Assembly (NCBI GenBank): GCA_964016885.1
Contig: OZ024741.1
Coordinates: forward strand, 212,226,001-212,290,000
From: Eledone cirrhosa
Lineage: Eukaryota
Direction: 5' to 3'
DNA: 64,000 nucleotides
A program made the translations under genes and the position numbers. The notes beneath the pieces were generated by a model, which made no database searches, was not told where the DNA came from, and saw nothing but the letters and a program-made list of their open reading frames with translations. Shown piece after piece: positions 63,601-64,000 of this stretch (position 1 is the stretch's first letter; every line of letters begins with the position of its first letter).

Positions 63601-64000
63601 TACCAAAAGTATACTGTCTCACTAATACTTAGTATATCTCTCTATACCTAATTTTTAAATAAATTTTAAATTTTTAGATTATTTATTTTGAATTGTGAAT
63701 AATTCATGCCTTTACACACTTTTATATATATGAATGTATTTGACTTTAGCATATTTGAATCTATTATTTTATATTCGTTATCATTTACCAAAAGTATACT
63801 GGCTCATTAATAGTTAGTATATCTCTCTATATCTAATTTTTATTTTTGCAAATATGTGTATCTGTATAATAACATAATCATATTATTAGTTACGTATATC
63901 TCAGCTTTTGATTTTTCTTGCATATATATCTATAGTGTATAATAACATAATTATCGTTTTGGTTTAACGCTATATATAATTTGTGCAAATATAGATATAT
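60609..64000 (+). mobile_element. Near full-length decayed Hydra-type PLE (RT + GIY-YIG, ~60703-62950; 3' UTR runs off the window)
   Basis: KSDKTNNLY, INLKDH..F....PVRLIAPSKSDIG, DITSYYSS, GASDSAQITDLLG, GLYRDN, NFLDVTFNL, SNHP, CNCRNKTDC. Confidence 0.92.

Overview
Eukaryotic, AT-rich, microsatellite-saturated DNA with no confidently identifiable host gene. The (TA)n/(CA)n density and tRNA-derived SINE types suggest a mollusc, probably an octopus (inference). The window is almost entirely mobile DNA. (i) Penelope-like retroelements (PLEs) of three GIY-YIG types (Hydra-, Neptune- and Nematis-like) sit in (TA)n tracts, usually with an inverted copy of their own 3' end. (ii) A full-length decayed Tx1/L1-clade LINE and two R4/Dong-like RLE LINEs are clustered in (TAA)n, followed by a near-perfect 5303-bp tandem duplication. 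(iii) There is also a non-autonomous Helitron, a Tc1/mariner-type MITE, SINEs and three minisatellites. The main hidden signal is RNA structure: about 25 type I hammerhead-ribozyme (HHR) motifs from roughly ten sequence families, several supported by covariation between copies. They include a non-coding ~438-bp tandem/inverted unit carrying one HHR with an extended helix I and an upstream octamer motif (a retrozyme-like mini-retroelement), two related HHR elements, perfect head-to-head HHR palindromes and U3-A8 core variants. Most short ORFs in the track are microsatellite artefacts. All alignments and folds were done by eye.
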